Assembly: GCA_903866275.1 (NCBI GenBank)
Contig: CAIPMU010000019.1
Location: forward strand, 34,763-98,762
Direction: 5' to 3'
Length of the DNA stretch: 64,000 nucleotides
From: Vampirovibrio chlorellavorus
GTDB taxonomy: Bacteria > Cyanobacteriota > Vampirovibrionia > Vampirovibrionales > Vampirovibrionaceae
Each line of letters starts with the position of its first letter. The stretch's first letter is position 1. This document shows positions 47,788-58,052 of this stretch, piece by piece. Made by a program: the position numbers and the translations under genes. The notes under the pieces were generated by a model. That model was not told the origin of the DNA, made no database searches, and saw only the letters and a list, made by a program, of their open reading frames with translations.

Positions 47788-49725
47788 TTATCGGTAGAGA
47801 TCGTCGTAATCTTCCAGCACCAGCACTTCTTCCGCATCCACATAGGCATGCCCGGACGCACTGACCGAGGAAGCGGCCGAAGGCGCAGGCCGTCGGGTAG
47901 AGGCACCCATGCCCGGAACGGAGGGCGTGTCGCTGGTATCTGCATAAAATTTGGGTTGAACGGGCTGGTAAATGGGTTGGGGCCGGGCTGGAAACTGAGG
48001 AATCTGAGATTTTCCGTTGGCCCGCTGGGCTTGCCCTGGCGGCGTGGCGTAAGGCTTTTCCGCAGTCACCCGTCGAATGGGAGTGGCATCGGAGAGGTAG
48101 GCTATGGTCTCGGATTGCACCGGAGCCGCTTCGCGCTGCGGACTGGTTTGCGATGGCTGTGCGGGTCTGGCAGGTTCAGTCGCTCTGGACGGCGCAGCGT
48201 TTCCGGGCGTGCCCAGCCGGTGGGGCACTTCCGGGAAGACGCTTCCCATGCTACCCGCAGTGCCCATCGGAAACGGCAGTGGGGTATTGCTGCTGTCATC
48301 CGAAAAATCCTTGAGCAGGGTCACTGTGTAGGGGGTGGTGGCCACCAGAAACTGCTTGCCTTTCAGCTCCACCAGATGCAGTTCTTTGCCCTTGCCCAGT
48401 TCGGTGGTTTGCAGGACCTGAAAATAATCGCCGCCCACTTGCAGGCGTTCCAGATAGTTTTTCTTGCCGGAATCCGCTCGCGGTATCAGCGGCTGGGCTT
48501 TGGCGGGCGTCACCCGGCTGGTCTCGGCAGTGCTGGATGAAATGCCAACCGTCGAGGTAATCGTTCGGTTCAGACTGGATGCATCAGCGGCAAGGGGTGC
48601 CTGCGTTGCCACGGGTACAGATACCGGTCGAGGCCAGGCAAAAAACGGATCATTACCGCGCTCACCCACCCATTGACGGCCTTCACGCAAGCGGTCGAAA
48701 AAATCGGGATAGCGATCCATCAGCTTGGGAAGCAGAATTTTCATAAACGCCACAGCCAACGCCAGCACAATGCCCAGGCTAAAGAAGATACGCAAGAGTC
48801 CGCCAATCGAGGCCTGCATGGCGGCGGCCTGTCGCTTGCTATCCACTTCCAGCGGCTCAGATTCCGGGTCTCCCGAAATGGGCAGGGCTTCGGCCTCAGG
48901 CTGTGAATGATCGTCGAGTTTGGCTGAAACTGATGCGGTTGCGGGTAATCCGGCAGGCTTGTTTCCTTGTACATGGTTGCCCGGTTTGCCAGATTGTTCA
49001 GCTTTCGGGGTCGTTTTGGCATGGACCGGGGTGACCGATTTGGCGCTAGCGGCCTCCGAGCCTTCGGGTGTCGCGTCATCATCCCCCATTAAGGGTACAC
49101 TCAAAAGCGATTCCTGATTCAGTAACCGGGTCAGGTTAGGTGGTCCGTTCTCTTTCCCCGACGTGGCTTGTTCTTCTCTCTTCTTAGGCTTGACTGAGAG
49201 ATGCTTGCCTTCGCCTGAAACACTGCCCGTGGTTGCTGACGATTTCGCATTGTCGACATCGGCCTTATTGGCCGACTCTGCCGTCTTGCGCTCGCTTTTG
49301 GATTCAGTGGATTTGCTGCTGACAGCAGGAAGCTGAGGCCCGCTACCCGGTTCCCCCTCAAAGGTATGCAAATAAATCTGCTGAGACTGAATCGTGATGG
49401 CCTTGCCTGTCGGCGTTTCCGTCTCCTGCACCAGACTGTTCTTTTTCAGGCTGGGATCGATGCTCAACCCACCTTTATAGGACTTGGGCACATGGATCAC
49501 CATGATGTCATCGCTGCGCCGGATGGAGACATCAGAGCTGGTGGCGGTGTTCAGGTTTACATTGACGTTGCCACCGTCTTTGGAAATCACCAGATCACTG
49601 CCAGACTCAGCCCAACTGGTGGCCATGCTAATGGCCTGCAGGCCAATCAGGGTGGCCAGCACAAACGCCAGTCGCGGTTGCTTGCCCGTACAAGGCAAAG
49701 GCTGATTCAAAACGATCTGTCCCAT
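47788..49725 (-). CDS. Very large FliO/FliZ-like flagellar biosynthesis protein with signal peptide and N-terminal periplasmic region
   Basis: TM 'LLRIFFSLGIVLALAVAF' followed by FliO-type beta domain 'FQVLQTTELGKGKELHLVELKGKQFLVATTPYTVTLL'; downstream of cheD. Confidence 0.65.
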   Translation of the reverse strand: MGQIVLNQPLPCTGKQPRLAFVLATLIGLQAISMATSWAESGSDLVISKDGGNVNVNLNTATSSDVSIRRSDDIMVIHVPKSYKGGLSIDPSLKKNSLVQETETPTGKAITIQSQQIYLHTFEGEPGSGPQLPAVSSKSTESKSERKTAESANKADVDNAKSSATTGSVSGEGKHLSVKPKKREEQATSGKENGPPNLTRLLNQESLLSVPLMGDDDATPEGSEAASAKSVTPVHAKTTPKAEQSGKPGNHVQGNKPAGLPATASVSAKLDDHSQPEAEALPISGDPESEPLEVDSKRQAAAMQASIGGLLRIFFSLGIVLALAVAFMKILLPKLMDRYPDFFDRLREGRQWVGERGNDPFFAWPRPVSVPVATQAPLAADASSLNRTITSTVGISSSTAETSRVTPAKAQPLIPRADSGKKNYLERLQVGGDYFQVLQTTELGKGKELHLVELKGKQFLVATTPYTVTLLKDFSDDSSNTPLPFPMGTAGSMGSVFPEVPHRLGTPGNAAPSRATEPARPAQPSQTSPQREAAPVQSETIAYLSDATPIRRVTAEKPYATPPGQAQRANGKSQIPQFPARPQPIYQPVQPKFYADTSDTPSVPGMGASTRRPAPSAASSVSASGHAYVDAEEVLVLEDYDDLYR

Positions 49726-49863
49726 AACTTTCCCGTTTTCCGGTTGTTTTAGAGGTTCCGCCGCTGGCCGGATCAGGCAAAATGGCAGGCTGGATAGAAA
49801 CGGTCTGCCCTCACACTCACTTGGGGCAGATTCACCGGATAAAGATTATTATAACAATGCATT

Positions 49864-50367
49864 CTAAAGAAGGTAATCTTTTCCGCCAATGGGACAGATA
49901 AAAATTTCACCCGTGGCCACCATAAAACGCACCGATTTCCCCTTGTTACCGCCCGTATCCGCCTTCTGAATCACAAAACCCTGCTTGGACATGCCCGCTC
50001 GAATCGCCGTAGCGTTGCGCGCCCCAATATTGAGAATGTTTCCGCCCCCGCCACCAAAATTAAACAGTTGCGCGCCTCCGACCATGCGGACCACACTGTC
50101 CCGTTTTTGCCCCCCCAGCTTGGTAAACTGCTCCACCAGAATGGGAATCGCCAGATTGGCGAACTTGCCGGAGAGTTCATCCGCATAAGCTTCGGACAGG
50201 GCGCTTTCTGGCAGCACAATATGGGCGATCCCTGCCACCTGGTGCAGGTAATCATAGATGGTCAAGGCCACACCGGTTCCCAGGTTGGGAATGGTAAACA
50301 CCACCATCTTATTGGTGCTGACATGGATTTCACCCATATCAACCAGTTGTGTTTGCTGCAAAGACAT
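49864..50367 (-). CDS. cheD: CheD-family protein, catalytic Cys absent
   Basis: 'MGEIHV', 'LGTGVAL' (normally LGSCV), 'AHIVLP', 'KFAN', 'VGGAQLF', 'IGARN', 'DTGG'. Confidence 0.85.
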   Translation of the reverse strand: MSLQQTQLVDMGEIHVSTNKMVVFTIPNLGTGVALTIYDYLHQVAGIAHIVLPESALSEAYADELSGKFANLAIPILVEQFTKLGGQKRDSVVRMVGGAQLFNFGGGGGNILNIGARNATAIRAGMSKQGFVIQKADTGGNKGKSVRFMVATGEIFICPIGGKDYLL

Positions 50368-50373
50368 ACGGTG

Positions 50374-51267
50374 TTAAGGTTCCTTCGGCGGATTCATGGA
50401 TTCCACTAAATCGCGGATCACCGGCCCCAGCTCAACCAGCTCACTGATCAGCTCCTCGATGTACGCGGTGGTCGGCTGAATGCCAACCTGATTCAGGGCA
50501 GCGTTATCGAGGTTGTACATCAGGCCGTCACTCCCGGAGCCATAACCCACCATGCGGGTCATCAGGTCAGCCAAGTGTACCAGAGTGACCAGCTTGAACT
50601 CATCGGGGGTGGTGTGCTGCGGCATTTTGGAAGGGTTGTGATGATACTTGATGGAATTGGTCAGGCTGAGGGGCAGGTTCCAGGCTTCGGCCACCCGATG
50701 CCCCACGATGCAATGATTAAAGCCGATTACTTGCCCTTCGGCCTGCACAAAATCTATGCGCTCCTTCAGGGTCAGCTGCTCAATCTCGCCATAGTTGGCC
50801 CCGACAAACTCTCCCAGCACCAGCATACCGATGTCTCGCAACAGGGCGGCGGTATAAACCAGATCCGGATTGGGATGCTTGCTTTTTTTGGCAACGTGTT
50901 TGGCGTAGATGGCACAAGTGAGTGAGTTCAGCCAGAGATCACCCTCTTTCATTCCATAGCCGGGCACCGCTTTATCCAGGGCAAACTTGGCAATAATGGT
51001 GTAAACCATACTGCGCAGGGTCGAATACCCCAAAATGGCCACGGCTTCCTTCACGGTGGAGATTTTACGAGCAAACCCATAGGCCGCCGAGTTGCACAGC
51101 CTTAAAATTTGCCCGGTCAGGCTGGCGTCCATCCGGATAATTTCGGCCAGCATCTCGGCGCTGGTGTCTTCGCTATCCAGCAAACGACTGATGCGCAGGG
51201 CTGCGGCCGGGAGTTCCGGGAGTCGCTTGACGCGTTTGACAATATCGTCCAGGGTTGGCTTAACCAT
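50374..51267 (-). CDS. HDOD-domain protein
   Basis: 'LPELP', 'DASLTGQILRLCNSAAYG', 'TVKEAVAILG', 'ALLRDIG', 'WNLP...IKYHH'. Confidence 0.92.
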   Translation of the reverse strand: MVKPTLDDIVKRVKRLPELPAAALRISRLLDSEDTSAEMLAEIIRMDASLTGQILRLCNSAAYGFARKISTVKEAVAILGYSTLRSMVYTIIAKFALDKAVPGYGMKEGDLWLNSLTCAIYAKHVAKKSKHPNPDLVYTAALLRDIGMLVLGEFVGANYGEIEQLTLKERIDFVQAEGQVIGFNHCIVGHRVAEAWNLPLSLTNSIKYHHNPSKMPQHTTPDEFKLVTLVHLADLMTRMVGYGSGSDGLMYNLDNAALNQVGIQPTTAYIEELISELVELGPVIRDLVESMNPPKEP

Positions 51268-51388
51268 AAGGAACCTTTTCAACTTGTTGGTTGAGAATGC
51301 CTCGTGCGTTCAGATTGCGTTTACGATTGATCATCTCTTTTGACAACGCTAGGCCGCTTTAGCATTCTGTGCCTACTATCTTTATATT

Positions 51389-51415
51389 TTAACGGTTATT
51401 CAAGGGTTTACCTGA
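51389..51415 (-). promoter_or_regulatory. Sigma28-like promoter upstream of HDOD-cheD
   Basis: Minus strand TCAGGTAA-N11-ACCGTTAA. Confidence 0.45.
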
Positions 51416-51818
51416 ATCACGACACTGGATTTCATCCAGTTAAGGGAACGATTTTGCCCGTGCCCTCGGCCATTTGACGGGGAAAGATGACACCCCGTCG
51501 ATCACGCTGCTTGTGCTGGCGCTATGATTTTCCGACACCAGCATATATAATGTTGAACATGTTGGTTCAGTCCTCCACAGGAATGCCTGTTTACGGTGCT
51601 CAACAAGCTCTTTTTGAGCCCTCCCGCGACTTTTCGCCAGATTTCAACCCGTTTGTGTCGGAATCTTGATTACATTTCTCAAAGTTTCTTTCCAAAAGGG
51701 GAAGCTTCAGAAATAATAGGCTAAGCGGACTTGCAGGTTTGAGCACCCCAGGCTGAACCCACATCAGGCACGCTCTCCATCAGAGTTAGATTTTATTTAC
51801 ATTAGGGGACAGGTTTTT

Positions 51819-53117
51819 ATGGAATTTCTAAATCAAGGTTCACAGCAGCAAAACCCCGGAGAACCCTCCCTGTTCTCCAGTGCGAACACTTCTCCCGTAA
51901 GAACCCGGGCCTCCATTAAAGTGGTTGGCGTTGGCGGCGGCGGCAGCAACGCGGTCAATCGCATGATTCAGAGCGGCATGAGCGGCGTTGAATTCTGGGT
52001 GATGAACACCGATGCCCAAGTCATTGAAATGGCCGCCACCGAAAAACGCCTGCAACTGGGCCAAAAAATCACCCGTGGTTTAGGCGCTGGCGGTAACCCC
52101 GCGATCGGGATGAAAGCCGCTGAAGAGAGCCGCGACGATATTATTTCCGGGCTGGAAGGCGCGGACATGGTCTTTATTACCGCCGGTATGGGCGGTGGCA
52201 CTGGCACCGGCGCAGCTGCCGTTGTGGCTGGCATTGCCCGCGAAATCGGCGCATTGACCGTGGGCGTTGTGACCCGTCCGTTCACCTTTGAAGGACGTCG
52301 TCGCCAGCAACAGGCCATTCAGGGTCTGGAAAGCCTGCGCGAAAATGTCGATACGCTGATCGTCATACCCAACGACAAGTTGCTGGAAGTGGTCGAACGT
52401 CGCACCTCCATGCAGGAAGCCTTCCGCATTGCGGATGAAGTGCTGCTGCGCGGCGTGCAAGGCATCTCCGATATTATTACCGTCCCCGGCTTAATCAACG
52501 TCGACTTTGCCGATGTGAAAGCCATCATGAGCCTGTCAGGTTCCGCCATTATGGGTATCGGCAAAGGGTCCGGCGAAGGCCGTGCTCTGGAAGCCGCTCG
52601 CATGGCCGTGAACTCGCCCTTGCTGGAAACCTCGATTGAAGGCGCCAGCGGCGTGATCTTCAACGTCACCGGCGGGCCGGACATGACCCTGCACGAAGTC
52701 AACGAAGCCGCCGAGATCATTTATCAATCCGTGGACAAAGATGCCAACATCATCTTCGGTTCCGTGATTGATGAGCGCATTCAGGGCGAAATCCAGATTA
52801 CCGTGATCGCCACGGGCTTTGAGTTGAAATCGCACCACCAGCGCCCGGAGCAATTCGGCGAAACGCTGAAAACCCCGTTTGAAACCTCGGCAGGGCGCGC
52901 ATCTTCTTATAGCAGCAGCCCAACCGTGGGCCAGTCGTCCGGTAAAACCGCGACGATGCCTGCAGTGCCTGGTTTGCAAGCACCGAGCAGCATGATGCCC
53001 CCCAAGCTGGAAGAAACGCCTGCCTGGAAAGCACCCCAGCAACGCTCGACCAGCACCATGAGTGAAGCGGCACGCAAATTGCTCGATTTGCCTGATTTCC
53101 TGCGCCCCAAAAAGTAG
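51819..53117 (+). CDS. ftsZ: Cell division protein FtsZ
   Basis: '[17 protein letters not shown]', 'GMGGGTGTG', 'INVDFADV', C-terminal 'LDLPDFLR'. Confidence 0.99.
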   Translation: MEFLNQGSQQQNPGEPSLFSSANTSPVRTRASIKVVGVGGGGSNAVNRMIQSGMSGVEFWVMNTDAQVIEMAATEKRLQLGQKITRGLGAGGNPAIGMKAAEESRDDIISGLEGADMVFITAGMGGGTGTGAAAVVAGIAREIGALTVGVVTRPFTFEGRRRQQQAIQGLESLRENVDTLIVIPNDKLLEVVERRTSMQEAFRIADEVLLRGVQGISDIITVPGLINVDFADVKAIMSLSGSAIMGIGKGSGEGRALEAARMAVNSPLLETSIEGASGVIFNVTGGPDMTLHEVNEAAEIIYQSVDKDANIIFGSVIDERIQGEIQITVIATGFELKSHHQRPEQFGETLKTPFETSAGRASSYSSSPTVGQSSGKTATMPAVPGLQAPSSMMPPKLEETPAWKAPQQRSTSTMSEAARKLLDLPDFLRPKK

Positions 53118-53136
53118 GATTCAAGCACTGGAAGCA

Positions 53137-54234
53137 ATGCCCGATCTCATGAACGTCAATACCAGCGAATCCAAGTCAACCTTTTTAAGCTCCAGAGTGC
53201 ATGCTCTGGAGCTTACTCCCTTGGGCGTAAAATTGCTGGATCAAACTGCCTTACCGGGAGCGGTCCAGTATGTGGATATTCATACGACCAGGGAAATGGC
53301 CCATGCCATTGAAACCATGCTGGTGCGTGGCGCGCCTGCCATTGGGATTGCCGGGGCGTATGGCGTGGTCCTCAGCGCCCGCGATCATTTTGTTTCCGAA
53401 TTGTCGGAAGAAGAACTGCGGGAAGCCATCCGCACCGATTTGAAACGACTGGCCCAAACCCGTCCCACGGCAGTCAACCTGTTTTGGGCGCTGCATGCGA
53501 TGGAGCAGGAACTGGACGCCCCGCTGGATACCGCCGCCGATTTGGTGGATCGCCTCACCCGCAAGGCCGTTCAAATTCATGAAGAAGACATCGAATCCTG
53601 CCAACGGATTGGAGATTATGGCGCCACAATTATTCCTGCAGGCGCTGGCATATTAACCCATTGCAACGCTGGGGCACTGGCCACTGGCGGCTACGGCACC
53701 GCGTTGGGCGTGGTCCGTTCCGCGTTTGCCCGCGATCCCCAGGTGCATGTGTACGCCGATGAAACCCGTCCCCGGCTGCAAGGCGCGCGCCTGACCACCT
53801 GGGAACTGGTGGAAGATGGCATTCCGGTGACTTTAGTCACCGACAACATGTCCGGTGCGCTCATGCGAGCCGGAAAGGTGGATGTGGTTGTGGTCGGTGC
53901 GGACCGCATCACCGCCAACGGCGATACGGCCAATAAAATTGGCACCTACAATCTGGCCTTGATCGCTCACGCGCATGGCGTGCCTTTTTATGTCGCGGCT
54001 CCGCTCTCGACCATTGATATGGCCATGCAAACCGGCGAAGAAATCCCCATTGAAGAGCGCGAGCCCTCGGAAATTTCCACCGTGAATGGCGAATTGATCT
54101 GCTCGCCCGGCGCAAGCTTTTACAACCCCGCCTTTGATGTGACCCCCGCCCGCTATATCACCGGGATTATTACGGAACGTGGTATTGCTCGTCCGGATTA
54201 TGTGGAGAGTCTGGCTGGGTTATTTAGAACTTAA
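53137..54234 (+). CDS. mtnA: S-methyl-5-thioribose-1-phosphate isomerase; start 53137 or 53149
   Basis: 'VRGAPAIG', 'RPTAVNL', 'THCNAGALAT', 'ETRPRLQGARLT', 'ANKIGTY', 'NPAFDVTP'. Confidence 0.96.
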   Translation: MPDLMNVNTSESKSTFLSSRVHALELTPLGVKLLDQTALPGAVQYVDIHTTREMAHAIETMLVRGAPAIGIAGAYGVVLSARDHFVSELSEEELREAIRTDLKRLAQTRPTAVNLFWALHAMEQELDAPLDTAADLVDRLTRKAVQIHEEDIESCQRIGDYGATIIPAGAGILTHCNAGALATGGYGTALGVVRSAFARDPQVHVYADETRPRLQGARLTTWELVEDGIPVTLVTDNMSGALMRAGKVDVVVVGADRITANGDTANKIGTYNLALIAHAHGVPFYVAAPLSTIDMAMQTGEEIPIEEREPSEISTVNGELICSPGASFYNPAFDVTPARYITGIITERGIARPDYVESLAGLFRT

Positions 54235-54259
54235 ATGCTGAATAAAAAATTAAAAAATA

Positions 54260-55177
54260 CTAAAAGGGCAAAATAATAGGCACGGGGAAGGGGACGCCGG
54301 GCATGGAAATCCACATGAAGGTCATGCTGCGGCCGTGTTGGGTGCGCTTGAATTGATCAAAATTGCTGAGATGATAGCCCGGTGGACTCTTGTAGTCGGC
54401 CTTGGCTTCGTAAACCCGATGCAAGGTATTGATGTCTCGGGTGGACAAATGTTGGGGCGTTTCCCACGATTCTGCCGTCATGCTGGGATACATCACATCG
54501 CTGCGCTGGGTGCTGTGCGCCCTGAGCCCCAGCATATGCCCAATCTCATGCAAGGCGATCGATTGAGTGGCCGATGGGGTGTAAGCCCTGCCCTCGGGGC
54601 TAATCAGCGCCAGCTTAATATCATTCTTGGCAATAAACTTGCCCCAGGTCTGGAGCTCATTGACCCCTGCGGCTTCGCCGTTGGCCTCCGGCGTCAGGCG
54701 AGTGGCCCAGATCACCTTCACATCCGCGCCTCGCTCATCCGGCATATAGATAAAATGGAAACGAGGCGCCATGGCCTGCTCCCACTCCTGAAAGGCGGCC
54801 TTCACCAGATTCGGGTTATTGGGATTCCAGCCCGGCAGATAAGAGCCATCGGAAATGTACACCAGAAGATACTTGGTCTGATCGTTCCAGCGCATAATTT
54901 TGGACTTTTCCAGATCAAAATAATCCGGGGGCAAAGTGGACAGGTTGTCCGTGGTGGATAACATCAGATTGGAAACAGGCGGGATTTCATTCCCCGGAAG
55001 CGTTGGGGAAGGTGGCGTGGCTTGCGCCTGAACCGGACGGGGCAAACGAGGGGGTTGCTGACTTTGCACCGGATCGTCGGCATGGGCCAAAGGCAACCAT
55101 AATGTCACCGCGATGAGCAACAGTCTGGCCACGGCCCGAAATATGCTCTGAGTGTTGTGAACCTGGATCTGTGCCAT
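54260..55177 (-). CDS. Matrixin-family (M10) zinc metalloprotease, secreted
   Basis: Signal peptide; 'HEIGHMLGLRAH'; Met-turn 'DVMYP'. Confidence 0.88.
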   Translation of the reverse strand: MAQIQVHNTQSIFRAVARLLLIAVTLWLPLAHADDPVQSQQPPRLPRPVQAQATPPSPTLPGNEIPPVSNLMLSTTDNLSTLPPDYFDLEKSKIMRWNDQTKYLLVYISDGSYLPGWNPNNPNLVKAAFQEWEQAMAPRFHFIYMPDERGADVKVIWATRLTPEANGEAAGVNELQTWGKFIAKNDIKLALISPEGRAYTPSATQSIALHEIGHMLGLRAHSTQRSDVMYPSMTAESWETPQHLSTRDINTLHRVYEAKADYKSPPGYHLSNFDQFKRTQHGRSMTFMWISMPGVPFPVPIILPF

Positions 55178-55421
55178 TATGCGAATTATCCTGTAACTTG
55201 TGTGCTGGAGAAAAACAAGATTCAAGCTGAAAGAACACAATGAACCTTGCCCGCCCTCGTTTTTGCTGGATAGAACCAGCCTGAACCCATTTAATTTGAG
55301 GACAGGGTAGCACAAGCGCAACCGCATGCCAAAACAGCCGTTCATTTTAGAAGAGAGTTCCGATTTTAGTGCCCTAAGGCCTGCCAAATCTAAAATAATT
55401 TTGCTTTTACGAAAATGAACC

Positions 55422-55448
55422 TCAAGTTTTCCAGCCCCTGACCGATAC
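55422..55448 (+). promoter_or_regulatory. Sigma28-like promoter with no long ORF downstream
   Basis: TCAAGTTT-N11-ACCGATAC. Confidence 0.55.
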
Positions 55449-55567
55449 CCACACTATGAAAGACCCAGTGCCTCAATCAAGCTCGCCAATCGAAGGGTTT
55501 GAAGGTCTGGTCCATACTGCTCGCTCTTCAAGCGTCAATTTGAAACAACGCCGCACGAGCGACCCCA

Positions 55568-55606
55568 AAAACCGCAATCCGGCCGAGGTTTGACCTTGGC
55601 CGGATT
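55568..55606 (-). terminator. Hairpin, probable terminator for the debranching-enzyme gene
   Basis: 13-bp stem AATCCGGCCGAGG/CCTTGGCCGGATT (55576-55606); minus strand continues GCGGTTTTT. Confidence 0.6.
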
Positions 55607-55672
55607 CCCAATGGAACAGGCAGAGTCATCGGATGCTAAAGCGTGTCCCTCGCTGTAGTTAGTCAAGAGAGG

Positions 55673-57868
55673 CTATAACGCCACCAGAATATCCAGATCG
55701 CCGTCCCGGTTACGCACATCCACGGTGACCAGATGATTGGTCCGGCGGAACTCCAGATCGACCGAGGCCTGACCCACCCGTAAATTGCTGATTTGGAGAA
55801 AATTCATAAACGGTGGCAACTGGGGCGTTCGAATCGACAGGCTTTTACGCTGCGCGTTGGGACTTATGTTGAGCATGGATTGGATAATGGAATACATCGA
55901 CGCGGCCGCCCAGGCTTGTGGACTGCAAGAAACCGCATACCGGACCGGCGGATCCCCCTCCTTGCCATCCTCCTTGCGAAAGCCGCAAAATAGCTCTGGC
56001 AGTCGGCGATAGTGCATATGTCGGGCGGCTTCAAACAACCCCACAAAAATCCGCTCCACCAGATCCTGCCGGTTAAAACTGGCAAAGCCACGGGCGATCA
56101 TGGCGTTATCGTGAGGCCAAATCGAACCGTTGTGATAACTCATGGGGTTGTACTTCAACGCGTTGGAGCTGAGGGTCCGAATCCCCCAGCCATTAAACAA
56201 ATCGGCGGACATCAGGCGGGTGATTAACTTTTCGGCCTGTGCCTCATAAAAAATCCCCGTTTCCAGACATTGACCGGGATTTGAGGTGACCACCCGAAAT
56301 GGCTTGCCCTGATCATCCAGCGCCAGCGCGCAGAACTCCAGTTCTTCCAGCCAGAAATCCCGGTTAAAACGCCGACGGAACTCCTGACTCTCCACCTTCA
56401 TCCGCTGCCGCAGGGGGCGATCTTCCATAAAATCGGCCATGCGGGCCATGCAGCGCTTGGCCATGTAAACATACCCTTGTACCTCGGACAACGCAATGGG
56501 CGGCAAGCCGACCACCCCGAACTCATCCATGATGCTGTCGTGGGAGTCTTTCCAGCCCTGCTGCAAAATACCGCCCTCACTCTGGGTGCGATAGGTGCTG
56601 TAGCCCAGCTTGTGCTGCTGCAGGTTGAGATCGATCCAGGCCATGGCCTTGACCGCAGCAGGCCACAACTCACAGAACGTATCCTTATCATCCGTCCAGG
56701 TTAAGTAGTCGTAAAGCGTGATGATAAACAGGGGCGTGGCATCCACGCTGCCATAGTAGGGGGTATGCGGAATTTTTCCCAACCGGGCCAACTCCCCCAC
56801 CCGCAATTCATGGAGGATTTTACCGGGTTCTTCATCGCGCGCAGGATTGGTTTCCTTGCCCTGATACTTGGCCAGAATCTTCAGGGACTCCTTGGCGATG
56901 CCCGCATTGAAGGGCAGCGCAAACCGGGAAGTAATCATGCTGTCCCGACCAAACAGGGCCACGTACCAAGGTATCCCGGCGGCCACAAAACTGCCGTCGT
57001 CCGTGTGGGTCATCAGCATGTTCATGTCTTTCTGGTTCCGGGACATCATCTCATTGAAGTCCTCGTTATCGGAGAGAAAAACCGCCGTGCCGCCGTGCAT
57101 TTTACGAGAGCGGAAATTTAGATGTCCCAGCGCCTCATCCATTGAGGCCACCGAAGCCTCTATCGATCCGGCGTTCATCATGCGATCGTTGATGATGGTC
57201 TGAATTTCATAGTTAAAATTAATGGGCTCACGGGGCCGCAAGAGGGTTCGATACACCACGGTGGCCTTGGGATTCTCCGGCAGAAAATCCGGCTTTAAAT
57301 CCACAAAGCGAATCCCGGTTTGCAGGTTCCGGGAGCTGAGATCCTTATAGCTGAAAATCAGCACGGGCGTCTGACCGCTGGTATCCAGAATGGGTGGACG
57401 CGGGGTGGGGCGCTCTGGCAGAACAACCATCCCCCGAATCTCGAACATATCCTTGAAATCCGCATCAAAGGACAGGCTGATTTCCATAAATATCGGTTCG
57501 GTGTAATAACTGATTAACCAGTAGCGTTCAAACTGCAAGCCGTACAACACCGTTTCCCGCTTCAACTGAATCGACTCAGGAAGCACCAGTACGTCCTTCC
57601 CGGCTTCGGTTGTGGTTTGAATGGGACCGTTGGTGAATACAATCGTGGACATATACCCCATTTCCGTTGACGACAGCAACGGAATGGGATCGGTGCCATG
57701 CAGCTTGATTTCAAACCCGCTGAGAAACCGGGTATCCAGATGATACATGCCAAGTCCGGCAGTATTGTGAAACGGAATATTACCCAAGGCATCATCCACC
57801 AGATACAAGTGGTTGTGCTTGATGGTGCGATGTCGCGATAGAAAATCTTCCGGATCTTTAATCTGCAT
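55673..57868 (-). CDS. Amylo-alpha-1,6-glucosidase / glycogen debranching family protein
   Basis: 'DTRFLS', 'AAGIPWYVALFGRDS', 'EEPGKILHELR', 'YYGSVDATPLF', 'QGWKDS', 'YHNGSIWPHDN', 'CSPQAWA'. Confidence 0.93.
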   Translation of the reverse strand: MQIKDPEDFLSRHRTIKHNHLYLVDDALGNIPFHNTAGLGMYHLDTRFLSGFEIKLHGTDPIPLLSSTEMGYMSTIVFTNGPIQTTTEAGKDVLVLPESIQLKRETVLYGLQFERYWLISYYTEPIFMEISLSFDADFKDMFEIRGMVVLPERPTPRPPILDTSGQTPVLIFSYKDLSSRNLQTGIRFVDLKPDFLPENPKATVVYRTLLRPREPINFNYEIQTIINDRMMNAGSIEASVASMDEALGHLNFRSRKMHGGTAVFLSDNEDFNEMMSRNQKDMNMLMTHTDDGSFVAAGIPWYVALFGRDSMITSRFALPFNAGIAKESLKILAKYQGKETNPARDEEPGKILHELRVGELARLGKIPHTPYYGSVDATPLFIITLYDYLTWTDDKDTFCELWPAAVKAMAWIDLNLQQHKLGYSTYRTQSEGGILQQGWKDSHDSIMDEFGVVGLPPIALSEVQGYVYMAKRCMARMADFMEDRPLRQRMKVESQEFRRRFNRDFWLEELEFCALALDDQGKPFRVVTSNPGQCLETGIFYEAQAEKLITRLMSADLFNGWGIRTLSSNALKYNPMSYHNGSIWPHDNAMIARGFASFNRQDLVERIFVGLFEAARHMHYRRLPELFCGFRKEDGKEGDPPVRYAVSCSPQAWAAASMYSIIQSMLNISPNAQRKSLSIRTPQLPPFMNFLQISNLRVGQASVDLEFRRTNHLVTVDVRNRDGDLDILVAL

Positions 57869-58052
57869 ACTGAATCACTTTCCAAATCGGAGGTTTACGG
57901 CGAAGTCACTCTAAAAGCGACCGGAGCAACCCGTCAAAACAACGCTTACAGGGGTGGCAGTGCATCATCATGTTTTCGAGGATTCGCATGCTAACTGAAG
58001 AAGATCCATTTACTGACCCAAGCAGTCAGAAACTGACTTAAGACGAATGCAT

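Noticed and set aside
51819-54234. ftsZ outside a dcw cluster and next to mtnA
   Set aside because: Dispersed division genes are common in this part of the tree; no evidence for a functional link.
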